Shown here in pieces: positions 42,901-56,600 of a stretch of 64,000 bases of DNA. The stretch covers positions 11,282,818 through 11,346,817 of the forward strand of contig OZ037772.1 in assembly GCA_964035545.1 (NCBI GenBank), in the 5' to 3' direction. Under the pieces are notes generated by a model. The model saw nothing but the letters and a program-made list of their open reading frames with translations, was not told the origin of the DNA and did no database searches. Numbering within the stretch: position 1 is the first letter of the stretch; each line of letters starts with the position of its first letter. The stretch is from Bugula neritina. Lineage: Eukaryota > Animalia > Bryozoa. The translations under genes and the position numbers were made by a program.

Positions 42901-45900
42901 CTCCTGTGCCTCATTTAACAAAAACCCTTTCAACCAGGGTTTCTTACCGAGGTAGTGACTATAAACTTGCGTGAGTTTACATGAAAAATCCGAGAAATAA
43001 AATGAAAAGACTGGAACAGATGAGGGAATAAACATTTACTCACACGCAGGTCGGCTTTATCTCCAAACATATCCCATATAGCTCTCTTTCTAATATCAAT
43101 GCCATATCCAGAGAACTGCAATGTAACCATGGCAACATTACAAACAATAAAATATATCAACTCCACATACAAGCATGCGCATAGATGCTACACGGCTTCT
43201 TATATACTGTAATGGAAATCCCGATAAACATTTTCAGGGAAATTCACAGTCAGGTCGTCGAAGTTACCTGCCCACTGACGCTAATTAATTAGAAACCTGG
43301 GCTAAGTTTAGAATAGCAGACTTGAGTGAACCTACACTGTGCTTCACGCTTTATATAAAGCCATAAGATGTTTTAAACACATTTGCCATTTTTCCAGAAT
43401 TTTTAGTTTTACAGAATAACAAAAACCTAGAATGAAAAAGCAGATATCTACAGTCATCAACGTATATAATAGGTAGTTGGCATTCAATTAGGCATTTCAG
43501 TATTACATTGTAATATGATACATGCAGGGAGTCATCAATTCACAATCAATTATAGTTTAAAAAAATCATAAATTCAATGTTATTATGATATCCAGAAAAA
43601 ATACATTCAATCCTTTTTAGTAATAGTTGAATCCCACAAAATATCAACACAATCATAAAATACTAAGTAATTTTGTTCATTCAATGAATCTAATTCTGAA
43701 TAATAAACAAATAATCTAAAAACAATAAGGATGTAAACCCACCCCTTCAGCTGCTAGGATGTACACAAGCAATCCGTTTCCACAGCCAATGTCTACAAAA
43801 GACGGTCTTTTGAGTGTAGAATTTTCCTCCATTTCCTTCTCCCACAAGCACTGCAACACACCTGCTGGGGTTAGCTGACAGCACAATTTGTATACAAAAA
43901 TCAATTTCATTAAATAACTTATAATTTACAGAAGAGTTAATAAAAACTTGTTTTTTTATTTTTTAAGACTTCCAAATATTTATTTATCCACAAATTTTGC
44001 AGTGTGTTTTGCTGGTTAAAAATATCTTTATTAGTGTCCTAAAAATCTGGTGAGAGTTAAAAAAATATATTAAAGATAGCATTTAAATTAAAGGGTTTGT
44101 GCACATTTTATTATACACCTGTCTGTAGTAAAGATGACGTTATCACCTATACAACAAAATAGTGTAGTCAACAAATCCTAACAACTCACAATAAGATAGG
44201 AGGCTATGGCTACGTCTTCGTACACAAACTTCAGTGGGTCAGTGCACTCAGGCCATATCTACAGATAAACAGATGAAACTCGGTTACCATGGGCAACTAG
44301 CTAGAACTAGCAACATCTAATAATAGAATATATATTTAATAATATATAATATTCATCATATTGTATATTATACATAATGTATAATATTATAATAAATAGT
44401 ATGACCTAGATGAATTAAATATATTGAATATATAAAATAATCAATGCATATTATATTATATAAAATTTAATTCATATATTTTATAGCCTACAGTAATAAA
44501 TACAATTCTCATAAATGAAAAAACTTTAATAGAAGTTGCCTTCTCCCAATACTTTGCATCAAAAATTCATTTCATTCGTTTCTATCAGCTTTACTATTTG
44601 TTTTAACAAGAGCAGACAACTGATTGGTATCAGCCCGTATAGGGCTATAATTATCAGCAGGGGGGACAATCAAAGAACTACTATATGTAAATACACTTAC
44701 CTCACATATAGCCTTGCCATAAACATCTTTCATCCTCGTGTACTTCTCAAAGTATCTCTCAGTAGAGATGAGCTCGTCTGGTCTACTGTCCGTCTCCTGA
44801 CTGTCTGACATTACAGACTTAGTGACGGGGGCAGCAGGCTGACACGCCCACTTGTTGAGTTTCGGCAGCAAGACATGACGTAACCACTGACCGCTGGTTG
44901 TCTTACAACATAGTTGAGGGTGGGAGAAGGTGGTCAGGTGTATACTAAAAGTTACAGAAGTGTGTCGCATACAGGTAGGAAGGTTGTATAATATTGTAGC
45001 ATAGGGCTGTCCAGCAGGGGCCCCAGGTCTGTCCAACAGGGTGCCCCAGGGCCGGTTGTGACTTCCCAGCCTACATTTATGTTGCCCTCACAGGCATAAT
45101 AAATAAAATTATTTTACACACTATATGAATTAGAGTGCAAAAGCTACTTTTTAAATGCCTTATTTATACACATGCTACAAACATGCAACCTGCAATAGTT
45201 ATTGGGACTCCATTGTGTAATGATTCATAGGAATTTGGAATAAAGTAATTTGAAAAATAAAGATGCTGTGGCCTCCAGCCCAAACCAAATTTTACAAAGT
45301 GGCTCTGGCACCCAAATATTCTATTTCAGTGGCCCTTGCTCTAAAAACATTGAACTCCACTACGTGTAGCACATGAACATCTTACGGGGTGAACAGACTA
45401 CAGTTGAATTGCTAACGTGTCTGGACACCAGGGGAAGTAGTGATGAGGTCGTATAGTGTAGCACATGGATATCTTACCAGGGATTAGTAGACACGCCCCC
45501 AGAGTCAGCGGAGACAGTGAGGTAGTAACTAACTCCGACAGCACACAGCGAGCTCTCTCCATTGACCTCTACAGGTATGAAGTAGTACCAGTCCAACCCT
45601 AGAAAAGAAATTCTCAACTTATAAGTCTCGGCAAAATATAAGCTTTGAGCAGTTCAAACATGTAAGCAAAGTAGTAATTGTCTTACCTTGGATAATAATC
45701 TCGTGTGGGAATTTCACATGTGATTGTTTGGATAGTATTTTTCGAACAGACAACTCCACATAATTGTTAGTATGAGGTGTGATCAGGGAGATTAAATTAG
45801 GGTCAAGGGAAAGACAACCTGAAATATGTACAGACCTTTATAATATAAGTATTATAACACACAAACCATAATGGCAGTAAGGCAAAACTTCGTAGCTGAA

Positions 45901-47136
45901 GATAAATTATAGAAAAGTATGCACAGGAACTACACCAGTAAAAAGACTTAACAAAGTACATAAACCGAAATATGTATTGAATAAGAAGTAAAGGAACAAA
46001 AGTGTTAATGTATACACAACACGTATCAATTTTTCACAAGCTTGCTGGTGACGAATCAGCAAATGCATGGGAAGCAAGTGCGGCTAAACAAAACATACTA
46101 TTGCATAGTATTCCATCCTGGAAAGGTGTAACTATAATATGAAGAATACAACTCCAAGTACAACACAAAAACATCATCTCTACTGCTAGTATAGAACAAC
46201 ACATAACCATCTCTACTGCTGCTAGTATAGAACAATACATACCTTCATCCTTCATGCCATCACATATAAGAGTAGTCAGGTTGTCTATCCTTTGAGATGT
46301 CGACGTTACGTCATCACACGAGGTAAAAGCAGATACTAACACAGACCCTGCACATCGCCTGTTCACCACCTGAAGAATGTACTTAGAATATAAACACAAT
46401 ATGCACAACACTGCCAGTATATGAGTATTACAGTATATGAGTATTACAGTATATGAGTATTACAGTATATGAGTATTACAGTTACATGGTATTATTAAAT
46501 GTATGTCTCTATACTTTTTATGTTGTACAAATTATCTTTAACATATTTAGCACAACTACTACCTATAACTACTAACTGTACGCACAGCACAATCTTTCTG
46601 GTTATTATGACTGCTAGCGCTGTTTATTAGAGTATGCATTTTAAATTTCAGCACTTTCAAAATAAAATTATGTTTAAAATTCAATTTTGAAATTACTAAT
46701 ACTTTTAATGAAACACACTTATATTCCTGCTTCAACACTTTATTCATGCTTTGCAAACCCTTCATTCAAATCCACCTTAATTTTCCTATAGGGCTGTGTG
46801 ACACACACACAACATGATGCTGTGTTCTCTCCAGCTAATCAAGAAAACTGATGCAGGACTACCTACCCCCCCCCCCCCGATGTTGTTAAGGAACTGGTGG
46901 TACCTCAGGCTAGCACTAATACGCCAGACAGGTAGTAAAAGTCAACTCTCCAAAACAAGTTAGTCGGCTACTTGGAGAGTACCAGCAAATATTTCACTGA
47001 TGACCTAAGGTTGAACTAATAACTGGAAATGTAGAGACTTGTTAGAGCAGAGCGCGTCTGATTAGTGCATTAACACGTAATGTGGTACCTGTGGACGGTC
47101 TACGTAAATCTTAACAGCCCTGTGGAAGTTCTCCAT
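39922..47136 (-). CDS. TRMT44: tRNA (uracil-O2)-methyltransferase Trm44/METTL19
   Basis: Spliced fragments: FHRAVKIYVDRPQ|VVNRR, IWPECTDPLKFVYEDVAIASYL, SFVDIGCGNGLLVYIL, DWLIGNHSDELTPW, LLPCCPFDF, LRIPSTRK, ECGGIKTLLKNHHYIF, and a C-terminal CCCH finger KTRLCWFFTSHPDGCLLPADSCQYAHG (last exon 39922-40112). The start at 47136 is provisional. Confidence 0.93.
40121..40250. repeat. 30-bp x ~4 repeat abutting the last TRMT44 acceptor
   Basis: caaccaatcatatg..agaacacaatcacg. Confidence 0.88.
41231..41437 (+). mobile_element. SINE family A, degenerate copy
   Basis: ggtgatgttgggagggcattcagtcataattgc...aaaaaaccctttccatcag...cacagagatggcgactataaac. Confidence 0.75.
41692..41848. repeat. Short tandem repeat (aaaagtcacaacagaga / aaaagtcacaatacata)
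   Basis: Seen directly; fills most of a TRMT44 intron. Confidence 0.88.
42104..42265. mobile_element. 162-bp MITE-like inverted-repeat element
   Basis: ~36-bp imperfect TIRs cactgcgtttccatgaccgtgcattatgcgaatggat / atccatttgcataatacagtgatggaaacgcagtg; TSD unclear. Confidence 0.75.
42792..42978 (+). mobile_element. SINE family A copy with internal deletion
   Basis: gtggtctagggattagag...gttaggaagagcatccagtcataattgctcctgtgcc...aacttgcgtgag. Confidence 0.85.
45003..45362. mobile_element. hAT-type MITE (family B), diverged, duplicated left end
   Basis: Colinear with 55395-55727 (gcctacatttatgt..., atgaattagagtg, gtggccct). Confidence 0.8.
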
Positions 47137-50100
47137 TGAAGAGTTATCTTTTACCGGAGAGGTACTACAAGATATGTGACACCAGATTATAAAGGTATAT
47201 TATATCATTACATACTATATTGTTATATTATTATATAATTACATAATACATGTATATTGTTGCATTATTATATTATTACATACTATATTGTTATATTATT
47301 ATACCATAACATAATAAATTGTTATATTATATTATTACCCACTACAGTTTTATATTAATATACTATATCATTACATCATATTATTATATTAAGATACCAC
47401 AAATAAACAATTTAAAAACTTTTAAAAAGTCAGAAACTGGGTGAAACTTCTTCAGATTTTAATAAAAAAATGTGCAGCTTTAGGAACAGGCCATTTCACA
47501 TTAAAGTGCTTTGAGTGAGTTCAAATTAAACTCAATCAATGTGTCTAGACTAAATTCTGTAATCATTTTAAAAACATAAATAATTAAATGTTAATAATAA
47601 CAATAGCAGCAAAAACAGTAATAAACAGTTTCCTCCTCCAATGAAATTTAATAGTGATTTTAGCTCACAGTTAATTTTACACTAAAACGTTTTAGCCATA
47701 TGTTTTAACTATATGTACAATTAGTAAGCTGCAGTAAGCAATCAACTTATTTCTAGCTACTGATTGGGATTATTTTTTGTTGTTTTATTGTTTTATTTAC
47801 TACTGTAATATTATTACCACAAGTATCGCTCAGTTATAGTAAGTTACTATTTATGTTAGTTACTGTGACAGATTACAGATAAAAACAGATTTATGATATG
47901 AGTATAACAGTCTACTAAAGGCATATGATGACTTCTATACAAGCATATACAAGAATGGCAGTAGTGGTAGTAGCACAAAAAGCAATAAGTATGACCAGCC
48001 AATACAATTACAATAATGTAAACTATATTCAACTTTCCCTCTACCAACTTCTTTGCAACAAAAAGAAAACACTGTATTACCACGCAAAGCCATTACAAAT
48101 TTCCAAATTAACCTTATTATTGTATGTATAACTACATTATATGCTTGTAATGGCTAGTATTAGTAGAGATACTGGCATTAGTAATATTAATACTTATTTA
48201 CTAATAGTAATAGTAATACCTAGTTATATCAAGATAATTATATATAGGCCCTACTAATATTTATAGCTACACTAAAATTTGTTGATATTCAGAATCGCTT
48301 TGATATCTTAGAATTATAGTTACATTCATATTGACTGACAGTGATAGTCATAGTGAATATCATTTCATGGTTTTATCCCACTTGGACGCTTCCCAGTTAG
48401 ATGCTAATTTTTATTTTGGTGCCATATAACTATATAATAATACACCTATATAACTGTTGCATTGATTGCTAAATAGCTAAAATAATAATAGCTACAATAG
48501 CTAACATAAATTATCTGGAATAATATTCCAATTTTCATTGATTTGTGTGGGACAAAAAAGCAGTACTATATTAATAATAAACATAATGCTTTTTAATAAT
48601 CATTAACAAAATACCCGTTCAAACAAGAAGCAAAACACATGTGAAATTAATATCTTAATGCAGATCAAAGAAATTTGTTTATGCACTTTATTTAAATATA
48701 CATCGATTTAAATTGAAGTTGAAGACCATATTCATATTCCCAAGGCCGATGAATATGATAATATATTGCTTATACCGATAGTGATAGGTAAAGGTAAATC
48801 AATTGATCATGATCTTGATTGGGTGAAGTTCCAAGACCTAGGCTCTCGCAGAGTTGCCGTAGGAGTAATTTAAATTTACTAATAGTAATAGTAATTAAGT
48901 AATTTATAATTAATTTTTATAATTATTGATTATTACTATATTGATCCTCATTATGATAACAATTATTGACACCTACAAATTACATTAAAACTGTAAAAGC
49001 ACAAAACTAGATCAAAATGGCCATAGTGATTGTGATACTGATAATAAATAAATTAAAGTTGCTGAGTTGAATTCGAAACATCAACATGCAATAAAGTTGC
49101 GGACACATTTTAATAAACGTGTAACGTAGTACTCGCTACACTGTTCTCTATGCTTATCCAATCAATATATGTTTTGTTTATGAAACCACGCGAGCTAATC
49201 AACTCCCTTGTGAGGAACTTACTAGGAGCGTGTTATAAAGCAAGTGTTTATCAGAACTCAGGCTTATTAGTGTCTGCTTCTGAGTGGACGAAAATCGAAA
49301 GCAGACGGATTTCAGATTGCACTAACTAGTAACTAATAGTAATTTATGTGATAAGAATTTTCAGGGTAAATATATTAGTACCGTCGTGAATAACTGTAAC
49401 AGCTATGACTAGTATTTAATATAAAATTGGATACTTATATTCTTAGTTAGTAGTATACAGTTAATGTTATACTTTCATATTAGAACTTGTCTACTGGAAA
49501 TAAAAGAATCAAAATGAAAATACTAAGTCTAACACTAACTCTAAGTAATACTTATACTGTAATACAATAGTAATAGCTAGTAAATTTAATGTTAAAAGTT
49601 ATAATAAAAGTAACACTAATACAATAATTGTAAATGGGCAATACTAATAATAATACTAATAGTAATTGCCAATGAATATGATGAATAGATTTATTTAGAA
49701 CTACTACTACTAGTATAAGTATGTCACTATGTGTAGTATTAGTATTACTATTAGTATTACTATTAGTATTACTTCAGTTCAAAGGGAAAGTTAACACTTA
49801 GCAAAACTAAGTCCAACTTGAAAGTGTATTTTTTCAAGAAAAGTTGTATATGGTTAAGTTATATGTGTCGTTGTTTTGTGAAACATAAGAATAATTATAA
49901 CTTACTAATACTATTTTAATTTTTAGGTTGTCTATAACTTGAATTTTGATGTCTTGAAAACAATTTTAGAGCACAACTTCATGAATTGTGATGTTTAGAA
50001 ATTTGTTTATTTAGTGTATATCTACTATAAAACTTACTCACTCCCTATAACTAATCTACAGCTCTTACAAAATGTGTTTCTCTCACTTTGTCAAACCTTT

Positions 50101-50268
50101 CTTTTATGCCTTGATGTTGCTTGTTTACCTGTTTAACTTTATGCTTGTGTATAAACGTTAGCACTGTTTTGTTGTTTCTGTAGTTTGTGTACCATTGATC
50201 AGTGTATAATAATGCTTTCTCTACTGGTTTTGGATTTTAGTATTGTGAAGACTTCCATCTGCACTACC

Positions 50269-52500
50269 ATGAGTCTTAAAACCCTAGGTATCTTCCTCTG
50301 CCTTTTTGTCTACACTTTTGCCTCTTCAACAGGTATAGTCATATAACCTACACAATCTAAGACAAGTTTAATGTTAATTTTTTTTATCTTTTCAAACGCT
50401 GTTATATTAGTTTTAATTGATCAACATCACTGTTGTTGCTAAAGTTGTGCTTTGTTTTATTGTGTATATAATGCTTAATATTGGAAATCATATCCTTAAA
50501 ATTTCATGCAGCTTTATTATTTCCTATTTGTGTGAATCTTGTGTAGCCTAAACTAATGAAGGATATAGTACATGGTAGATCTAAAAATACATCTATAATA
50601 TTTCCATGATGCATTATTATATGCATGTACTTAATATCAGTATTACTAATCGTTATAAAGAAAAAAGTTTGATATTACTAATAATTAGACATAAATTGAG
50701 AATAAAATTGAATTATATTGGAAGTAATTTAGTTTTGTTTATGATAGTAAAACTTTTGTTTATAGCTACTGCAGTAATTTAAGTAAGTGAAAGTTTTGAG
50801 ATTTCTGCATAACTGTTTTGAGGCATGCAAAGTAGTTGGGTGGGCAGCTGCTAGTTGACAGTGTATACTCATTGCAGGCGCATCTACCTCTACTACATCT
50901 ACAAATAGTGCAGCGGATAGCGCAGAGTCTACCAAAGCTAATGGATCTACACCCGTATCAAATCTAATTACTGGTAGGATTGCGTAATATTTTACTAATT
51001 TTATGTTGTAATTCCCAACAGCTGACTGTTTGCTAAATTGGCTTCTATGAATTTCATAGTAATATGTTGTAAATTGTTTTAGTTAAACTCTTTATATAAC
51101 ATTTTAGCAATAGTTTCAATATATTTAAATGGCAGCGAGTTGTACTAAAAGCGTCATTTCAGTTTTACCATCTGATCAGTTGCAGGTGGTGATATATCAA
51201 ATGCAACTACTTCTAGTAAGACAACAAATAGTTCCGCTGGTACACAGCCTATAACCAAAGTTCCCCTCAAACCAGGGACAACCACAGGTAACATTTTTCT
51301 CTCTGATCATCATGTATTTGAGTTAATTCAATCTTTTTAACTTATAATTTTACTGCAAGAATTATTAATAGTTGTAGTAATAGAAGTGTGACAGTATGTA
51401 AACGAAATCAAGTTTAATGTTACATGAGTACCACATTTTAATTGTAAATGTTGAAATTAGTTGGATGATTGAACGGTATTATCACCATCATAAAAACAGC
51501 AAGTCTAAATTTCAAGTAGTAATTTTTAGTGTGTGTATAATTTAGACTTGTTCTATCTTGTTTATAAGTTATCGAACAAAATGCAAGTTCTATATTATAC
51601 CTACAAGTAATTCAAATAGCAGTGAAAATTCTATCACAAAAAGTTGATTAGATCTAGGCAAGCTCACCGGGAAATGTTGTTCAACAAGACTATTAAATAT
51701 TGTTATTACTATTTTTGTTACTATTATATGCTATATTCTGTTACAAATACATACAGCTGCTGGGAAAGGATTTCTCAAGGCTCCTAGACAGGAAGCAGAA
51801 GATTCAATGAGCTCTTCTGTTACTAAATCTTCCGTGTTTAAAGATTCAAAGTTTAAAAAAGACTCTTACACCGGTACAGTCTTTCTGTTACTCTATATAT
51901 AATCTATTTCACTAGAAGATACCAATGCACTCTATATTTTACTGAACGTATTCTTATGAAGTCATTAGGAATTACTTTCAGCAAAACGCTGCTATAATAA
52001 TTAAAAATTTTAATATATTATAACATATATTTTGCTTAATGAAGTTTCATTTACTTATTTTATTAAGTATTTAATGATTTAAAATTTGTGCTGCATTCCT
52101 GCAAGTTACTTCAATGATTGTTTTTATATTAAATATTAAAATAGTTCATTTTGCTAATCAAGTCTACCTGAGCTGGTAATAGTATGTATAATTCACTTTC
52201 TCCTCAGCTCTCTCCTCCCTGGCTGTACTCATCATTCTGATTGCCTTGCTCTTCCTCGTGGTACTTCGGAGGCAAAGTTTAAACTCTAAAGCTATCAGGT
52301 ACATCTCCTCATTGGACGGCACAAAAGATACCTCTTCCTCTGACGCTGCCTTCCTGCGCAACGCTGCCAGACAAGAACCTGGATCCAGCACATCTGACTT
52401 CACAGGATACGTTGCCCTGTCCGCTCGACCTGGTTCAGCATATCCTCCCTCCAGTGCTGCTGTTGATGAAGTGGATTTAGAACTGAATAGCAAAGTCTAA
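50269..52500 (+). CDS. Small mucin-like type I transmembrane protein (~225 aa) with C-terminal class I PDZ-binding motif
   Basis: All introns are phase 1. Exons 50269-50332, 50878-50973, 51180-51287, 51757-51873, 52208-52500. Signal peptide MSLKTLGIFLCLFVYTFAS, S/T-rich ectodomain, TM LAVLIILIALLFLVVL followed by RR, ends NSKV*. Confidence 0.8.
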
Positions 52501-53613
52501 TTGCTTAGAGAATTAAAAGACTTAGTTCCATATTGTGTAATACAATATGTTTCAGATTTTTATTTTGTTGTATAGCCAAAGTTTGGCCATGTTTAGGTTG
52601 AATTTTTGTTTTATTGTTTATTGGAATTTTTTATTATGTGGTTCATTTTTTTATTGAAAACAAAGTTTATTGAATAAATGATTCTGTATGCATGAAACAA
52701 ATTTTCCATTAACATTGGTAAATCTGTCTCCTATGTCTGCACAACTGCAGCTATAAGATTTAGAAAAGTACTATTTCAAAACATAGGATGAAATTGCCCA
52801 ATGTTTATTTATTAAGATGAGCTTTTTCTGACCGATGTAGTATTATTTGACTAGAACATTTGAAATTGTTGAAGAAATGACAACAGTTTTCAGTAAATGT
52901 GAAAAATTTTTGAATCTGGTAAGCAATAGTCTTGCAGTATGCTGTGGCTGGATAATTGATTCTATTAGAATAATGTATACTAGACCTCTTCAGGATACGC
53001 AGATAGTTTGTGCTGTCATTGTACCCCCCTTCCCCCCTCCTGTAAGACTATAAGTTATAATATGGTTGTTGTGTAGACATAATATAATATTATTGTATGC
53101 TATACATGTATTGCAAGTAAATATGAATAGTTAACAAGTTATTAGTATAGCAAGGCTAAACTGTTCTATCATAAAATATAAAACAATTGTATGTTGAACT
53201 CATGTTAAGGGTCTAAAGTAGTTTCTTTAGGTTTTACTGTTCAAATGTTATACAAACTTATATTTAATACATTTGAAATTATAAATTATGCTTAACCTAC
53301 ATAGACATAGGAACATGTTAGATAATTCAGAGTAAATGATTAAACAATGAATGATGCTACAAGTTAATGAAGCCATATACAGATATATTAAAAGCTTGCT
53401 AGCTGATAGACTAATTTACGTCAAGCAATACATCAAGACATCTGCTACTTCTCATGCATATATGCAGATTTTGAAACCAAATCCTTCAATATTATTGAAG
53501 CTTGGTGAAGACCTCCCCATCTGATCAATACTGTGTTGCACTCGGTCTAAGTTGATTTGCCGACCAACATCCTCCTAGTCAGGGAGTTCAGTTCCCAACA
53601 AGAATTCACCACC

Positions 53614-56600
53614 ATGAAGTTGGCAGTAATCGTTTTTGCTTCTCTTCTCGTAGCTGGTAAGTTTTTATAATGCATACATCACAAAAGAACTCATGGGTGG
53701 TTACAGCAATATAGGTTACTAAAACCCAGATAAAACAAAATAGTATCCGAACTGCCAAGTCTTAACTAAGCAAATTAAGTTTAGTCTGCTCCTCAGTGAA
53801 TACTGGGATATTTTTACATGGTGTTTTTAATAGCAACATACAGTAAAATATTGTCTCTCAGCAAACTACACTTTATAGCCCAAGTGTTACACACTTTAGG
53901 TCTGGCAACTCAGCTCCCCCGTCCTGGTGAGGAAGTAGAAGATGACAGTTCGAATAAGAGGTCGGTTATCGCTGGGCTGGGCATAGCTTCTCTTGTGGTC
54001 AACGGTCTCGCTTCATTCTTCAGCAACATCAATGGCTCCAACAATGTTAAAGATGTGAGTACAACTCTAGTGTTATACAGTTGAAAAGAATTCCCATTGA
54101 GGCGACAACTCCTGTGTTATACAGTTGAAGTAAATTTTCATTGAGGTGACAACTCCAGTGTTATACAGTTGAAGTGAATTCCCATTGAGGCGACAACTCC
54201 TGTGTTATACAGTTGAAGTAAATTTTCATTGAGGTGACAACTCTAGTGTTATACAGTTGAAGTGAATTCCCATTGAGGCGACAACTCCTGTGTTATACAG
54301 TTAAAGTAAGTTTTCATTGAGGTGACAACTCTAGTGTTATACAGTTGAAATGAATTCTCATTGAGGTGACAACTCCGGTGTTATACAGTTGAAGTGAATT
54401 CTCATTGAGGTGACAACTCAAGTGTTATACAGTTGAAGTAAATTTTCATTGAGGTGACAACTCTAGTGTTATACAGTTGAAATGAATTCTCATTGAGGTG
54501 ACAACTCCAGTGTTATACAGTTGAAATGAATTCTCATTGAGGTGACAACTCCAGTGTTATACAGTTGAAGTGAATTCTCATTGAGGCGACAACTCCAGTG
54601 TTACACAGTTGAAGTAAATTTTCATTGAGGTGACAACTCCTGTGTTACACAGTTGAACTAAATTTGTATTGAAATTACACTTCAAAGAAGAAAGTGTGCA
54701 AGAAAATTCTAGATCAAGTCATCAATCATCATTAGACCAGATGTCTTCTCCCATGCATCTATATACTTGTTTAATTTGATGCTGGGATTCTCTGAAAATA
54801 AGCTAACAATGAAATATATGCGCTTTTCTTGAAAATTTTTGATCGGCATCTGTTCTATCATCTGTAATGTCTTTATCAACACACTTTACACTAAGGCTGA
54901 AGTATTGCAGTATAGTTTGGGACCAGTAAAGGATGAAATACAAAAACAACCAAGAATATTAATTGCTATCAAACTTGTGCTGTCAAGACTTACAATATGG
55001 AACTTAAGTCAAACTATTATATGGAGTACTTGGTGCAAAAAGCAATACAAGTCTCAAGTGAAGTACATATAGTAAAATAATTAGCATGATAGCTTTATTA
55101 TTGTTACTGATTTGGAGTTGTCAACATCTGTGTTAGCAATGTAATCACCTATGCTTATATCTGTGGGAACCGTTAAGGTTTTTAAGTGGCTAAGGACTCA
55201 TGTGTATTTTGGCCATTCTAAGTAACACATAAGCAATTAAGACCAGATGCCATTCCTGAAAAATTGCTGTTTTACAATTTGAACCCAACACCTGGTGTGT
55301 TTTATTAGCCTAAAGTTGTTACAAACCTTAGGCTACCTGCTCCAGCTAACTTATAATGAAATATTATATGCAGTAAATTAGTATCACTATATATCAGGGC
55401 TGTCCAACAGGCGGCCCCAGGGCAGGATGTGGCCCCAAGCCTACATTTATGTGTCCCTCCAAGGCATAAAGCTAAAACTAATTTTCACACGTTTTCATAC
55501 GAATTAGAGTGAAAAACCACATTTTAAATGTGTTATTTATACACATGATACACAACATGCAGCCTGCAGTATAACAATCGGGTGATTATTTCTGAGAGTT
55601 TGAAATAAAGTAATATGAAAAATACTAATGGTGTGGCTCCCAGTTCAAGCCAAAGTTTACAATGTGGCCCTCAACACAGAATATTCCTTTTTAGTGGCCC
55701 TCAGTCTAAAAATGTTGGACACCCCTGCTATATATTATCTAGCATTGATCACTACTTAATGAGCAAGAACTAAACCACAGCACATAAATTATATAATGGA
55801 AATTATTCTACAACGTTTTAGCAAAGAAATCAGCTCACCTTGCTCAAAGCTCGCATGTTACAATTGAGTTAGTAACATATATGAGTTCTGTTGCAGACTG
55901 TGCTGTATGGTAGAGCTATCAGGATTCATGTACCACAAGATTCCAAGTGTGCTGAAGTGACAGACAGGGAGTCTGGTTTGTATGACTTCTTGATAGTAAC
56001 GCATCTATAATTTATTATAAGACATCAATTCCTAACTGCAGTATAAAAGCTCACGCAAGTTTATAGTCATCATCCCTGTGTGAAAACCCCTGATGAAAGG
56101 GTTTCTGTTAAATCGGGCCGAGGACTTATTCAGATGTGACACAGGAACAATTATGACTGGATGCTTTTTCTCACATCACCAATGGCCTTTGTCCAGACTT
56201 GAACCCCTGTCTTCATGCTTGCTAGGCAAAAGCTTTAACCCCTAGACCACAGCTGCTCCCTCCTAACTGCAGTATGCAGCTGCAATATAATTAAACAGAA
56301 AATCTTAAGAAACTGGTTACTAATTATATAAAAGGATAAATAATACATGTGCATATAACTAAGAACATAACCTTGTCCAGTTTTCACAGACAAGCAAAGC
56401 TAGATTTGTTTGGTTATAATATTTCAGTTTTAGTCGAACCTCTGCATCTTTGATGTGTCGCACAAACAACCTATTTGGAGGCTTTTTATTCTATTTCAAA
56501 AGTTATGGATTCTATTTAATATATGACAAAATTACGTTTGTACTAAAAGTCTATTAACAATAATAATCAACTATCATATTACCATAATATGGTAATATGA

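Noticed and set aside
48710-48875. Short open frame or possible snoRNA-like patch in intergenic DNA
   Set aside because: No start or splice support, no convincing C/D box pair, and no recognisable homology.
54061-54660. CRISPR-like appearance of regular arrays (also 37655-38178 and 60027-60312)
   Set aside because: There are no unique spacers and no cas genes; these are head-to-tail minisatellites inside eukaryotic introns.
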